A stretch of 45,090 nt of DNA, from assembly GCA_016794525.1 (NCBI GenBank), contig JAEUJY010000077.1, positions 1 to 45,090 of the forward strand, written 5' to 3'. The DNA comes from Myxococcales bacterium (GTDB lineage Bacteria > Myxococcota_A > Polyangia > Haliangiales > Haliangiaceae). A program made the translations under genes and the position numbers. The stretch's first letter is position 1, and each line of letters begins with the position of its first letter. The notes beneath the pieces were generated by a model, which did not search any database, was not told the origin of the DNA, and saw only the letters and a list, made by a program, of their open reading frames with translations. Of the stretch, positions 7,840 through 17,747 are shown piece by piece.

Positions 7840-8889
7840 ATGACGCGACACATCATGGCGCTGGCGGCGGCGCTGGCGGCGGGCTGAACTGGCGAACTGG
7901 CGACCGGAAGCGGCGAGAGCCTGGTCATCAACGGTGATGGCGAGGCCTGCCCGAAGCTCGGCTGCAGCTCCAACTCGGCGTACCTGGGCCCGACCGAGTT
8001 CCACGAGCTCGAGGAGACCGGCACGTACCCCAACGCCGAAGGCCTGTACCTCAAGGGCCTGGTCAAGAACGGCTTGACCTATCGCCCCAACGTCACGGGG
8101 ACGGAGTTGACCGCCTCGCGCTGGGCGTTGGTCGGTGGCTTCTGGATCTACCAGACACTCAGCGGGGCGAACCTGGTCAACTCCGAGCTGGTGGTCAAGA
8201 ACGCCACCGGCTCGCTCGAGTACCGCATCCGCATCGCGAACGCGTCGACGATCCAGAAGTTCTGGCAGGCCCCGATCACCACGGTGAACACCTACGAGCT
8301 CCAGTGGCGCCTGGCCACCTCCACCTACTACACCCCGGTGTGCAAGAACCCGCCGAACCGCCTGGATGACACCGGCAACTGGAACAACATCCTCGAGGCG
8401 ATCCTCTTCACCGGCGATCGCTACGACACCGACACCCTGACAGTCACCGCGTCGACGCCGGCGGAGGCGACGACCTGGTTCAACATCGGCTGCGCCGGGA
8501 CGGTCCTGGCGAAGCTCGCCCTCAACCGGCACACCGACGCGACGAAGTCGGCGCAGGTCACCACCACGCGGGACCAGCGGCAGGCGATGCTGAAGATGTA
8601 CACGTCGGACGTGTGCAACAGCGGCGACGCGTTGACCGTGACCGGCACGCCGTTGCGCTGGTGGAGCGCCACCGGCCTCACCAGCAAGGCGATCGCGGTC
8701 TACTCCAACGAGGCGCGGTGGACCGCCGATGGCGCGCTGTGTCTGGACACGCACCGGCTCGATGGGACCCCGGATGACAGGACCGCGCAGATCGCGGACG
8801 CCTGCCAGCGCGCCAACCGACCGGTGCCCCCGCCCTGTGCCGACGTCACGACCAGCTGGGACTTCCGCACCGAGAGCCAGGCGCACTAA
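7840..8889 (+). pseudogene. Lipoprotein paralog B with an in-frame TGA (7885..7887) exactly at the lipobox Cys codon
   Basis: A single reading frame gives MTRHIMALAAALAAG, then TGA, then TGELATGSGESLVINGDGEACPKLGCSSNS and the rest through 8889. Paralog C has Cys at the same position (LAAVGC). Downstream the protein is about 90% identical to A. Confidence 0.6.
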
Positions 8890-8947
8890 CGACACGTTTT
8901 CAGATGGTTGGACGCGGGGGCACCGGAAAAGGGTGACCCCGGTGTGC

Positions 8948-8959
8948 TTTTTCGGTCAC
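8948..8959 (+). promoter_or_regulatory. Third copy of TTTTTCGGTCAC, 28 nt upstream of the ATG of paralog C
   Basis: Direct sequence comparison. It is preceded by GGGTGACCCCGG, the same arrangement as upstream of B. Confidence 0.45.
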
Positions 8960-8987
8960 AGGGGACCGCCGCGTGTATCAACCCGGC

Positions 8988-10070
8988 ATGACCCGACACA
9001 TCCTGGCACTCGCGACGGCGCTGGCGGCGGTGGGCTGTACGGACGACCTGGTGACCGGAAGCGACGAGAGCCCGGTCATCAATGGAGATGGCGAGGCCTG
9101 CCCCAAGCTCGGGTGCAGCTCGAACTCGGCGTACCTGGGCCCGACCGAGTTCCACGAGCTCGAGGAGACCGGCACCTACGCCAACGCCGAGGGCTTCCGG
9201 ATCACCAGCTTCACCAAGACGGTGGGCGGCGTGACCACGACCTACCGCCCCGACGTCACCGGGACGACGCTGGTGGGCAAGCGGTACAGCACCTTGATCC
9301 ACGGCTGGTACACCGCGCTCAGCGGCCCCGACCTGGTCGGCGCGGTGTTCAACGTCGACCGCACCGTCCGCGGTGTCGTCACGGCGAGGTACCAGATCGG
9401 GATCACCGCGGCGAGCACCGCGCAGGAGTACTGGCAGCCGCCGGCCGGCCTGCTGAACACCTACGAGCTGCAGTGGCGCATGATCTACCCGAGCGCCACC
9501 CACCTCGTGCCGGTCTGCAACAACCCACCCAACCGTCTCGATGGCGAGGGGACGTGGTGGCGCAAGACCACCGAGGCGGTACTGTTCACGGGCGATCGCT
9601 ACGACACCGAGTCGCTGACCGTGACCGCCGGCGATCCAGCGTCGTCGGGTGACTGGTTCAACATCGGCTGCTCGGGCACCGTGCTGGCCAAGCTCGCGCT
9701 CAACCGCCACACCTTCGCCACCCAGTCGTCCACGGCGCCGACCACGATCGCGCAACGCCAGGCGATGCTCAAGATGTACGCCTCGGACGTGTGTAACACC
9801 GGCGACGCGCTGACCGTGGTCGGCACGCCGCTGCGCTGGAACAGCACCACCGGCCTGGCCAGCCCCCCGATCGCGGTGAACAGCTACGAGGCCCGGTGGA
9901 CTGCCAGCGGGGCGCTCTGCCTCGACACCCACCGCCTGAACGGCACCCCCGACGACATGGACGCGCAGATCGCCGCCGCGTGCGCCGCCGCGGGCAAGGC
10001 GGTGCCGCCGCCGTGCGCGGGCGCGTCGACGAGCTACTACCTGCGCACCACCAGCCCCGCGCTGCCCTGA
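8988..10070 (+). CDS. Secreted lipoprotein, paralog C of the tandem family (more diverged)
   Basis: Start MTRHILALATALAAVGC; a GTG at 8973 is an alternative start. All family Cys blocks are retained. Convergent with the kinase gene, whose stop is 7 bp away. Confidence 0.8.
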   Translation: MTRHILALATALAAVGCTDDLVTGSDESPVINGDGEACPKLGCSSNSAYLGPTEFHELEETGTYANAEGFRITSFTKTVGGVTTTYRPDVTGTTLVGKRYSTLIHGWYTALSGPDLVGAVFNVDRTVRGVVTARYQIGITAASTAQEYWQPPAGLLNTYELQWRMIYPSATHLVPVCNNPPNRLDGEGTWWRKTTEAVLFTGDRYDTESLTVTAGDPASSGDWFNIGCSGTVLAKLALNRHTFATQSSTAPTTIAQRQAMLKMYASDVCNTGDALTVVGTPLRWNSTTGLASPPIAVNSYEARWTASGALCLDTHRLNGTPDDMDAQIAAACAAAGKAVPPPCAGASTSYYLRTTSPALP

Positions 10071-10077
10071 CCCGGTG

Positions 10078-12606
<2,529 letters not shown>

Positions 12607-12638
12607 GGCGCGCGGGGGTTCCGATAGTATCCCGGGCC

Positions 12639-14120
12639 GTGGACGAACCCGAGGTCAACTCCGTCGAAGCCGTGCCCAGTCCGATCGAGTGGGTGGGGCT
12701 GGCGCTGGGCGGCGCGCCGTTCGCGGTCAGCCATTCGGTGACCCGCATCAGCACGAGCAACGGCGCGGTGTCGGTGTACTACCGCGACTGGGTGGCGCTC
12801 GGCTGTGGCGTCGCGGCGGCGGTGATCGGAGTGCACGCGTTGATCCGGCTGCGCTCGACGGCGCCGGCGCGGCGGACGCTGCGCGTGCTGGTGGCGCTGG
12901 CGCTGCTGGTGGCGGGCGTCGTGCAGGTGCTGCGCGGCGTCGGGACCATCGACGGTCCGAAGGCGGAGGCGCCGGCGATCACGACCGGCCCCGCGACCCC
13001 GCCGCCCGCGGCGGTCGACCCGGCGGTGGCGTGCGACGGCGGCGACAGCGAGGCGTGCAACCGCGCCGGCATGGCGGCGATCGCCGCCGAGCAGTGGACG
13101 ATCGCGCGCCAGCGCTTCGAGACCGGCTGCGGGCGCAAACACGGCGAGAGCTGCAAGAACCTCGGCGTCATGTACGACCACGGCGACGGCGTCGAGCGCA
13201 ACCAGGTCAAGGCGGTCGGCTACTACGGCCAGGCCTGCGACGCCGGCAACGCGGTCGGCTGCTTCAACCTCGGCATGGCCCGCTACCAGGGCGCCGGCGT
13301 CGATCGCGACGTGCCCGGCGCGGCCGGCATGTTCAAGCGCGCGTGCGAGGCCGACAGCGCGGCGGCGTGCAACCAGCTGGCGATCATGCTGGGCGACGGC
13401 GTCGGCGTGCGCGAGGACGACGCGGCGGCGTTCGCGCTGTTCACCAAGGCGTGCGACGCCAAGCTGGCGGTCGCGTGCCGCAACGCCGGGCTCAAGCTCG
13501 ACGACGGCGACGGCGTGGCCAAGGATCCGGCCAAGGCGGTGGCGCGGTTCGTCGAGGCGTGCGACGGCGGCGACGGCGCCGGCTGCTCCGACGCCGGCGC
13601 GCGCTACCAGGCCGGCCGCGGCGTGACCGCCGATCCCGCGCAGGCCCGCACGTACTACGAGCGCGCGTGCCGCCTGAACTACGGCGACGGCTGCAACCGG
13701 CTGGGCCGCCTCGCCGAGGACGGCGTCGGCGAGCCCAAGGATCTCGCCAAGGCCGCCGCGCTGTACGAGCAGGGCTGCGCGCTGGGCGCCGGCTACGGCT
13801 GCTCGAACCTGGCGTTCCTCAAGGGCGGCATCACCAAGCAGCTGCCGCTGTACCAGCGCGCGTGCGAGCTGGGCGCCGCCGGCGTCTGCGTCGACCTCGG
13901 CATGGAGCTGTACACCGGCAAGCACCTGAAGAAGGACGTCGCGGCGGCGCTGCCGCTGTTCGAGCGCGGCTGCGCGCTCGGCGACGAGGTCGGGTGCCGC
14001 AACGCCGGCATCCAGTACTTCCGCGGCGAGGGCACCAAGGCCGATCGCGTGAAGTCGCACGACCTGCTGGTGCGGGCGTGTCAGCTCGGCGACGCCGCGT
14101 CGTGCAAGGAGCTCGAGTAG
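12639..14120 (+). CDS. Sel1-like repeat (SLR) protein with N-terminal TM helices
   Basis: About ten tandem units of roughly 36 aa, of the form C..G....C..LG..Y..G.GV..D...A...Y..AC (for example CKNLGVMYDHGDGVERNQVKAVGYYGQAC). This is the typical Sel1/HcpA-type repeat pattern. Confidence 0.8.
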   Translation: MDEPEVNSVEAVPSPIEWVGLALGGAPFAVSHSVTRISTSNGAVSVYYRDWVALGCGVAAAVIGVHALIRLRSTAPARRTLRVLVALALLVAGVVQVLRGVGTIDGPKAEAPAITTGPATPPPAAVDPAVACDGGDSEACNRAGMAAIAAEQWTIARQRFETGCGRKHGESCKNLGVMYDHGDGVERNQVKAVGYYGQACDAGNAVGCFNLGMARYQGAGVDRDVPGAAGMFKRACEADSAAACNQLAIMLGDGVGVREDDAAAFALFTKACDAKLAVACRNAGLKLDDGDGVAKDPAKAVARFVEACDGGDGAGCSDAGARYQAGRGVTADPAQARTYYERACRLNYGDGCNRLGRLAEDGVGEPKDLAKAAALYEQGCALGAGYGCSNLAFLKGGITKQLPLYQRACELGAAGVCVDLGMELYTGKHLKKDVAAALPLFERGCALGDEVGCRNAGIQYFRGEGTKADRVKSHDLLVRACQLGDAASCKELE

Positions 14121-14124
14121 CCCG

Positions 14125-15498
14125 TCACTTCGGGGTCAGCACCAGCCCGAGCTTGACGTCGACGTCGGTCGGGTCGCCGTCGCCGTCGATGACCGGCGTG
14201 AACTGCCACTTGGCCATCACGCCCTCGATGCACGACGCCAGGGTGTCGTCCACGCCGGCGGCGTTGCCGTCGGTGAGCGCGCCGCGATCGGTGACGGTGA
14301 AGGTCAGCGAGACCTTGCCGGCCAGCGTGCCGTCGCTCACCAGCGACTTCTTGTAGCAGCGCTGCAGGCTGGGCATGTAGGTCGTCGAGATCTTCCGGAT
14401 GATGCCGTCCACCGACGGATCGCCGGGCGGGCGCGGGGTGACCACCGGCTTGATGCGGCCGGGCGGGCCGGGCTCGGGGCCCTTGACGATCGGCGTGACG
14501 GGGCGGTTGGTGTCGGGATCGATCACCGGGTTCTGGCTGGTGCCGGGGCGGTAGGCGTCGTCGGGGCGCACGCGGCCGGTCTGATCGCCGATGCTGGCGG
14601 TCTGGTCGTTGCGCTTGATCTCGTCGAGCTGCTGCGCGAGGTCGGTGCCCGGCTTCTTGGCCGACAGATCGCCGACCGTGCGGCCGCTGTCGCCGTCGGG
14701 GGCGAACAGCAGATCGGCCATGCGGGTCGGATCGCCGGGCTCGGTCGTCGCGGGCGTCGTCGTCGGCGCCGCCGGGCGGCTGGTGCTCGGCGTCGGCTTG
14801 TGGCTCGGCGCGGGCGCGGTCGGCTCGGGCTTGCTCGGCGCCGGCTGGGTGCCGGGCTCGGGCTCGGGCGCCGGATCGGTGTCGAAGATCGGATCGCTGG
14901 CGTCGATGAGCGCGATCGTGTCGTCGGTGTAGGTCTCGGTCGCGCGGTGCGCCATCGTCGGCTTGCCGGGCGGATCGTTGAGGTTGGCGGCGATCATCAC
15001 GCCGAGGTGCGCCACCAGCGACGCGGCGGCGAACGCGGCGACGCGGCCGTCGATGCGATCGGCCAGCGTGCCCTTGAGCGCGCGCGGCAACGTGGGCGCC
15101 GGCGCGGGCGCGGGCAGGCGCACGCCCTGGAACAGCACGCGCACCTCGCCGACGTCGACGCGGCCGTGGGCGGTCAGCGGCAGCACGACCGTGGTCGCGC
15201 CCGCGGCCACCTTGCCGTGGGCGTCGCACTCGGCGCGGGTCCACACCGCGTCGCCCACCGCGATCCGCACGTCCATGCCCGCGGCCAGCCGCAGGCGGAT
15301 GCCGGCGGCCGTGATCGTCAACAGCTCCCAGTTGCGCGGCAAGGTCGGCAGCGGCAGCTGGATGCTGGCGCGGGCCGACTGGCCGATCGAGAAGGGCCGC
15401 TGGCCGCGCACGATCTGCTCGGCGACCACGGTCCCCGACAGCACGATGCCGAGGCGAAGAGCGGGAGGATTCGCAGGCTTGGCAGGAGTCGCGGACAT
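14125..15498 (-). CDS. AgmX/PglI-like membrane protein: N-terminal cytoplasmic domain, one TM helix, Pro/Thr-rich linker, C-terminal TonB-C-like domain
   Basis: TM helix AAFAAASLVAHLGVMIAA. Long linker PAPEPEPGTQPAPSKPEPTAPAPSHKPTPSTS. The C-terminal roughly 90 aa (IIRKISTTYMPSLQRCYKK...WQFTPV) is typical of TonB/AgmX-PglI C-terminal domains. Family assignment is from memory. Confidence 0.6.
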   Translation of the reverse strand: MSATPAKPANPPALRLGIVLSGTVVAEQIVRGQRPFSIGQSARASIQLPLPTLPRNWELLTITAAGIRLRLAAGMDVRIAVGDAVWTRAECDAHGKVAAGATTVVLPLTAHGRVDVGEVRVLFQGVRLPAPAPAPTLPRALKGTLADRIDGRVAAFAAASLVAHLGVMIAANLNDPPGKPTMAHRATETYTDDTIALIDASDPIFDTDPAPEPEPGTQPAPSKPEPTAPAPSHKPTPSTSRPAAPTTTPATTEPGDPTRMADLLFAPDGDSGRTVGDLSAKKPGTDLAQQLDEIKRNDQTASIGDQTGRVRPDDAYRPGTSQNPVIDPDTNRPVTPIVKGPEPGPPGRIKPVVTPRPPGDPSVDGIIRKISTTYMPSLQRCYKKSLVSDGTLAGKVSLTFTVTDRGALTDGNAAGVDDTLASCIEGVMAKWQFTPVIDGDGDPTDVDVKLGLVLTPK

Positions 15499-15561
15499 GG
15501 GAATGCAAACGCGCGACCGGCCGGGGCGATCTAGCCGAGCGCCAGCGAGGCTCCCAGCCGG

Positions 15562-16653
15562 TCAGCGCACGACGGTCAGGTGCACTCGCCCCGGCGTCGA
15601 CGGTGGCGGCGGCAGCGCGGGCGCGAGCGGCTGGCCGCGCCAGGCGTCGAGCCGGCTGCCCTGGTGGGCGTAGGCGACCGGGCAGGTGGCGGCGCACGGC
15701 TTGGGGGTGTCGAACGCCTGGCGGATGTCGTCGACGCCGTAGTCGGCCAGCGGCTTGGCGCCCAGGCCCATCTTGGGCGTGCACAGGTGCACCAGCCCGT
15801 CCTCGCACACGGTGAAGAAGCGCGCGCCGGCGCGGCACTTCCACTCGACCTGGCCGCGGTCGAGCAGGTCGCTCTGGAAGTCCTCGCTGAACACGCTGGT
15901 GCCGTGGCGATCGAGCGCGCGGATCTGCTCGTAGACCTCGCGGGCCGCGGCGTCGACCGGCAGCGGCCGCCCCGAGGGATCGCGGGCCAGCGAGCACTTC
16001 GCGTCGAAGCCGAGCGCGTGCACCGCCTGCGCCACCGCCAGCGCCTCGGCCGGCGGCGCCGCGCCGAAGACGGTGTTCACGCGCACGCGGAAGCGCGCGT
16101 GCTCGGCGAGCAGCCGCAGCTTGCCGCGCAGGGGCTTCCACGACTTCTTGCTGACGTCGTTGGGCGTGAGGTTGTCGAGGCTGAGCTGCAGCGCGTACAG
16201 CCCGGCGTCGTTGAGCTCGTCGATCAGCGCGCGCGTCAGCAGGTAGCCGTTGGTGTTGAGCGCCGGCGTCATGCCGCGCGCGTGCACGTGGCGGACGATC
16301 GCGACGATGTCGGGGTGGAGCAGCGTCTCGCCGCCGGTGAGCGTGACGAACACCGTGCCCAGCGCGGCGAGGCGATCGATGCGCACCTTCATCGCGTCGA
16401 GCGGCACCGGCGGCGACACCTTGTCGTACTCGGTGCAGTAGCCGCACGCGAGGTTGCAGCGGCGGGTGACGACGACGTGCGCCATCAGCGGCCGATCGGT
16501 GTCGAGCGCGGCCTTGGCCAGCCCGCGCAGGACGCGGAAGTCGGCGCGCAGCTGGTGGCGGCGCTGGTGGCGAGGCTGGCGGGCGGGGTCGATCGCGGGG
16601 AGGGCGGCTGCGGACATGGCGGGCGGTATTGCGACCCCCGGGCCATCGTCCAA
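15562..16653 (-). CDS. Radical SAM domain protein
   Basis: CNLACGYC (the CxxxCxxC 4Fe-4S/SAM motif) lies near the N-terminus. GGETLL and NTNG blocks follow. There are additional C-terminal Cys residues (CTPK...CAATCPVAY). The start is ambiguous between 16653, 16617 and 16485. Confidence 0.75.
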   Translation of the reverse strand: MDDGPGVAIPPAMSAAALPAIDPARQPRHQRRHQLRADFRVLRGLAKAALDTDRPLMAHVVVTRRCNLACGYCTEYDKVSPPVPLDAMKVRIDRLAALGTVFVTLTGGETLLHPDIVAIVRHVHARGMTPALNTNGYLLTRALIDELNDAGLYALQLSLDNLTPNDVSKKSWKPLRGKLRLLAEHARFRVRVNTVFGAAPPAEALAVAQAVHALGFDAKCSLARDPSGRPLPVDAAAREVYEQIRALDRHGTSVFSEDFQSDLLDRGQVEWKCRAGARFFTVCEDGLVHLCTPKMGLGAKPLADYGVDDIRQAFDTPKPCAATCPVAYAHQGSRLDAWRGQPLAPALPPPPSTPGRVHLTVVR

Positions 16654-16740
16654 GCGCTGGAGATCGCTAGGCCGGGTGTCAAGGTTCGACCATTCCCTGG
16701 CAGTTCAGCGCTGACGGCTGGCTGGTACGTTTGTACGGCG

Positions 16741-17214
16741 ATGCTCCGCCGCGTCTTGCCCCTCGCGCTGTTGATCGGATGTAGCCATCCGCGGCCCGCG
16801 CCCGCGCCACCGCCGCCGCCCGCGAGCCCGCAGGTCACGATCCACGTCGACGCGCTCGGCTTCAGGGCCGACGCGACGTTGACGATCGAGCTGGTGATCG
16901 ACAGCGGATACGGCTGCAGCAAGCACTACCCGATCGCGATGCCACCGCTCGAGCCGACGCCGTCGCCCGCGCCGTGTCCGGCGCCGCCGCCCGACATCCA
17001 CGAGCAGTTCACCGAGCCGCTCGCCGGACGCGACGTCATCACGATCGGCAGCGCCGCGCTGGCGCCGGGCCGCACCTTCAGCGTGATCGTCACCGGGCCG
17101 GCGGCCACCGGCTGTGACCTGCTGCGAGGATGGGCGCGCAGCACCGTCAGCGGCGCGACGAGCGACGTCCCGCCGCTCGCGATGGTCGCGATCCCGCAGC
17201 CGTGCCCGGCGTAG
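16741..17214 (+). CDS. Small Cys-containing lipoprotein (hypothetical), first of two tandem paralogs
   Basis: Start MLRRVLPLALLIGCS. It shares architecture with the next gene (a GC...IG...G.AA.GC block). Confidence 0.6.
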   Translation: MLRRVLPLALLIGCSHPRPAPAPPPPPASPQVTIHVDALGFRADATLTIELVIDSGYGCSKHYPIAMPPLEPTPSPAPCPAPPPDIHEQFTEPLAGRDVITIGSAALAPGRTFSVIVTGPAATGCDLLRGWARSTVSGATSDVPPLAMVAIPQPCPA

Positions 17215-17246
17215 ATCGTCGACGGAGATCGCGCGTCGGAAGCACC

Positions 17247-17747
17247 ATGCCCCGCACGCTCGCCGCCCTCGCCCTCGCCGCGCTCGCCACCACCGCCTGC
17301 ACCGAACCGCTCGCTCCCAGCGCCCAGGCCACCACGCCGGTGCGCTTCGCGCTGTCGCTCGACGCCCACGCGTTCCTGCCTGGCTCGACCGTCTCGGTCG
17401 AGGTGTGGAACCAGGCCGCGCTCGCCGCGCGCGCGCGCAGCGGCGATTGCGTGATCGGCCGCAGCGCCGCCGGCGAGGAGATCATCTGTCCGCCCGGCGT
17501 CACCTACCAGCCGCCGCCCGAGCCCGAGCGGTTCACGTTCACCGTCGACGAGCTGGCCCACGGCTTCGCGATCGCGGCGCTGTCGATCGGCCGCGGCGAG
17601 GCCTACGAGATCGCGATCGGCGGGCGCGCCGCCGACGGCTGCAACCACGCCGGCGCCAACGCGCGCGGCGTCGCCGACCGCGACGAGATCACGCTGGCCG
17701 ACCTCGACGTCTACCAGACCACGATGGCGTGCCGGCCCGCCGGCTGA
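17247..17747 (+). CDS. Small Cys-containing lipoprotein (hypothetical), second of two tandem paralogs
   Basis: Start MPRTLAALALAALATTAC. GRAADGCNHAG here corresponds to GPAATGCDLLRG in the first paralog. Confidence 0.6.
   Translation: MPRTLAALALAALATTACTEPLAPSAQATTPVRFALSLDAHAFLPGSTVSVEVWNQAALAARARSGDCVIGRSAAGEEIICPPGVTYQPPPEPERFTFTVDELAHGFAIAALSIGRGEAYEIAIGGRAADGCNHAGANARGVADRDEITLADLDVYQTTMACRPAG

Noticed and set aside
7885-7887. TGA in paralog B read as a selenocysteine codon.
   Set aside because: The position is the lipobox Cys, which must be a thiol for diacylglycerol transfer. No convincing SECIS-like hairpin lies immediately downstream. A nonsense mutation or a sequencing error is far more likely.
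7274-9850. Conserved antisense ORFs inside each lipoprotein paralog (7274..7669, 8421..8687, 9599..9850), which look conserved, as if real.
   Set aside because: Their conservation is simply inherited from the sense-strand paralogs, and their composition is Ser/Val/Ala-rich junk.
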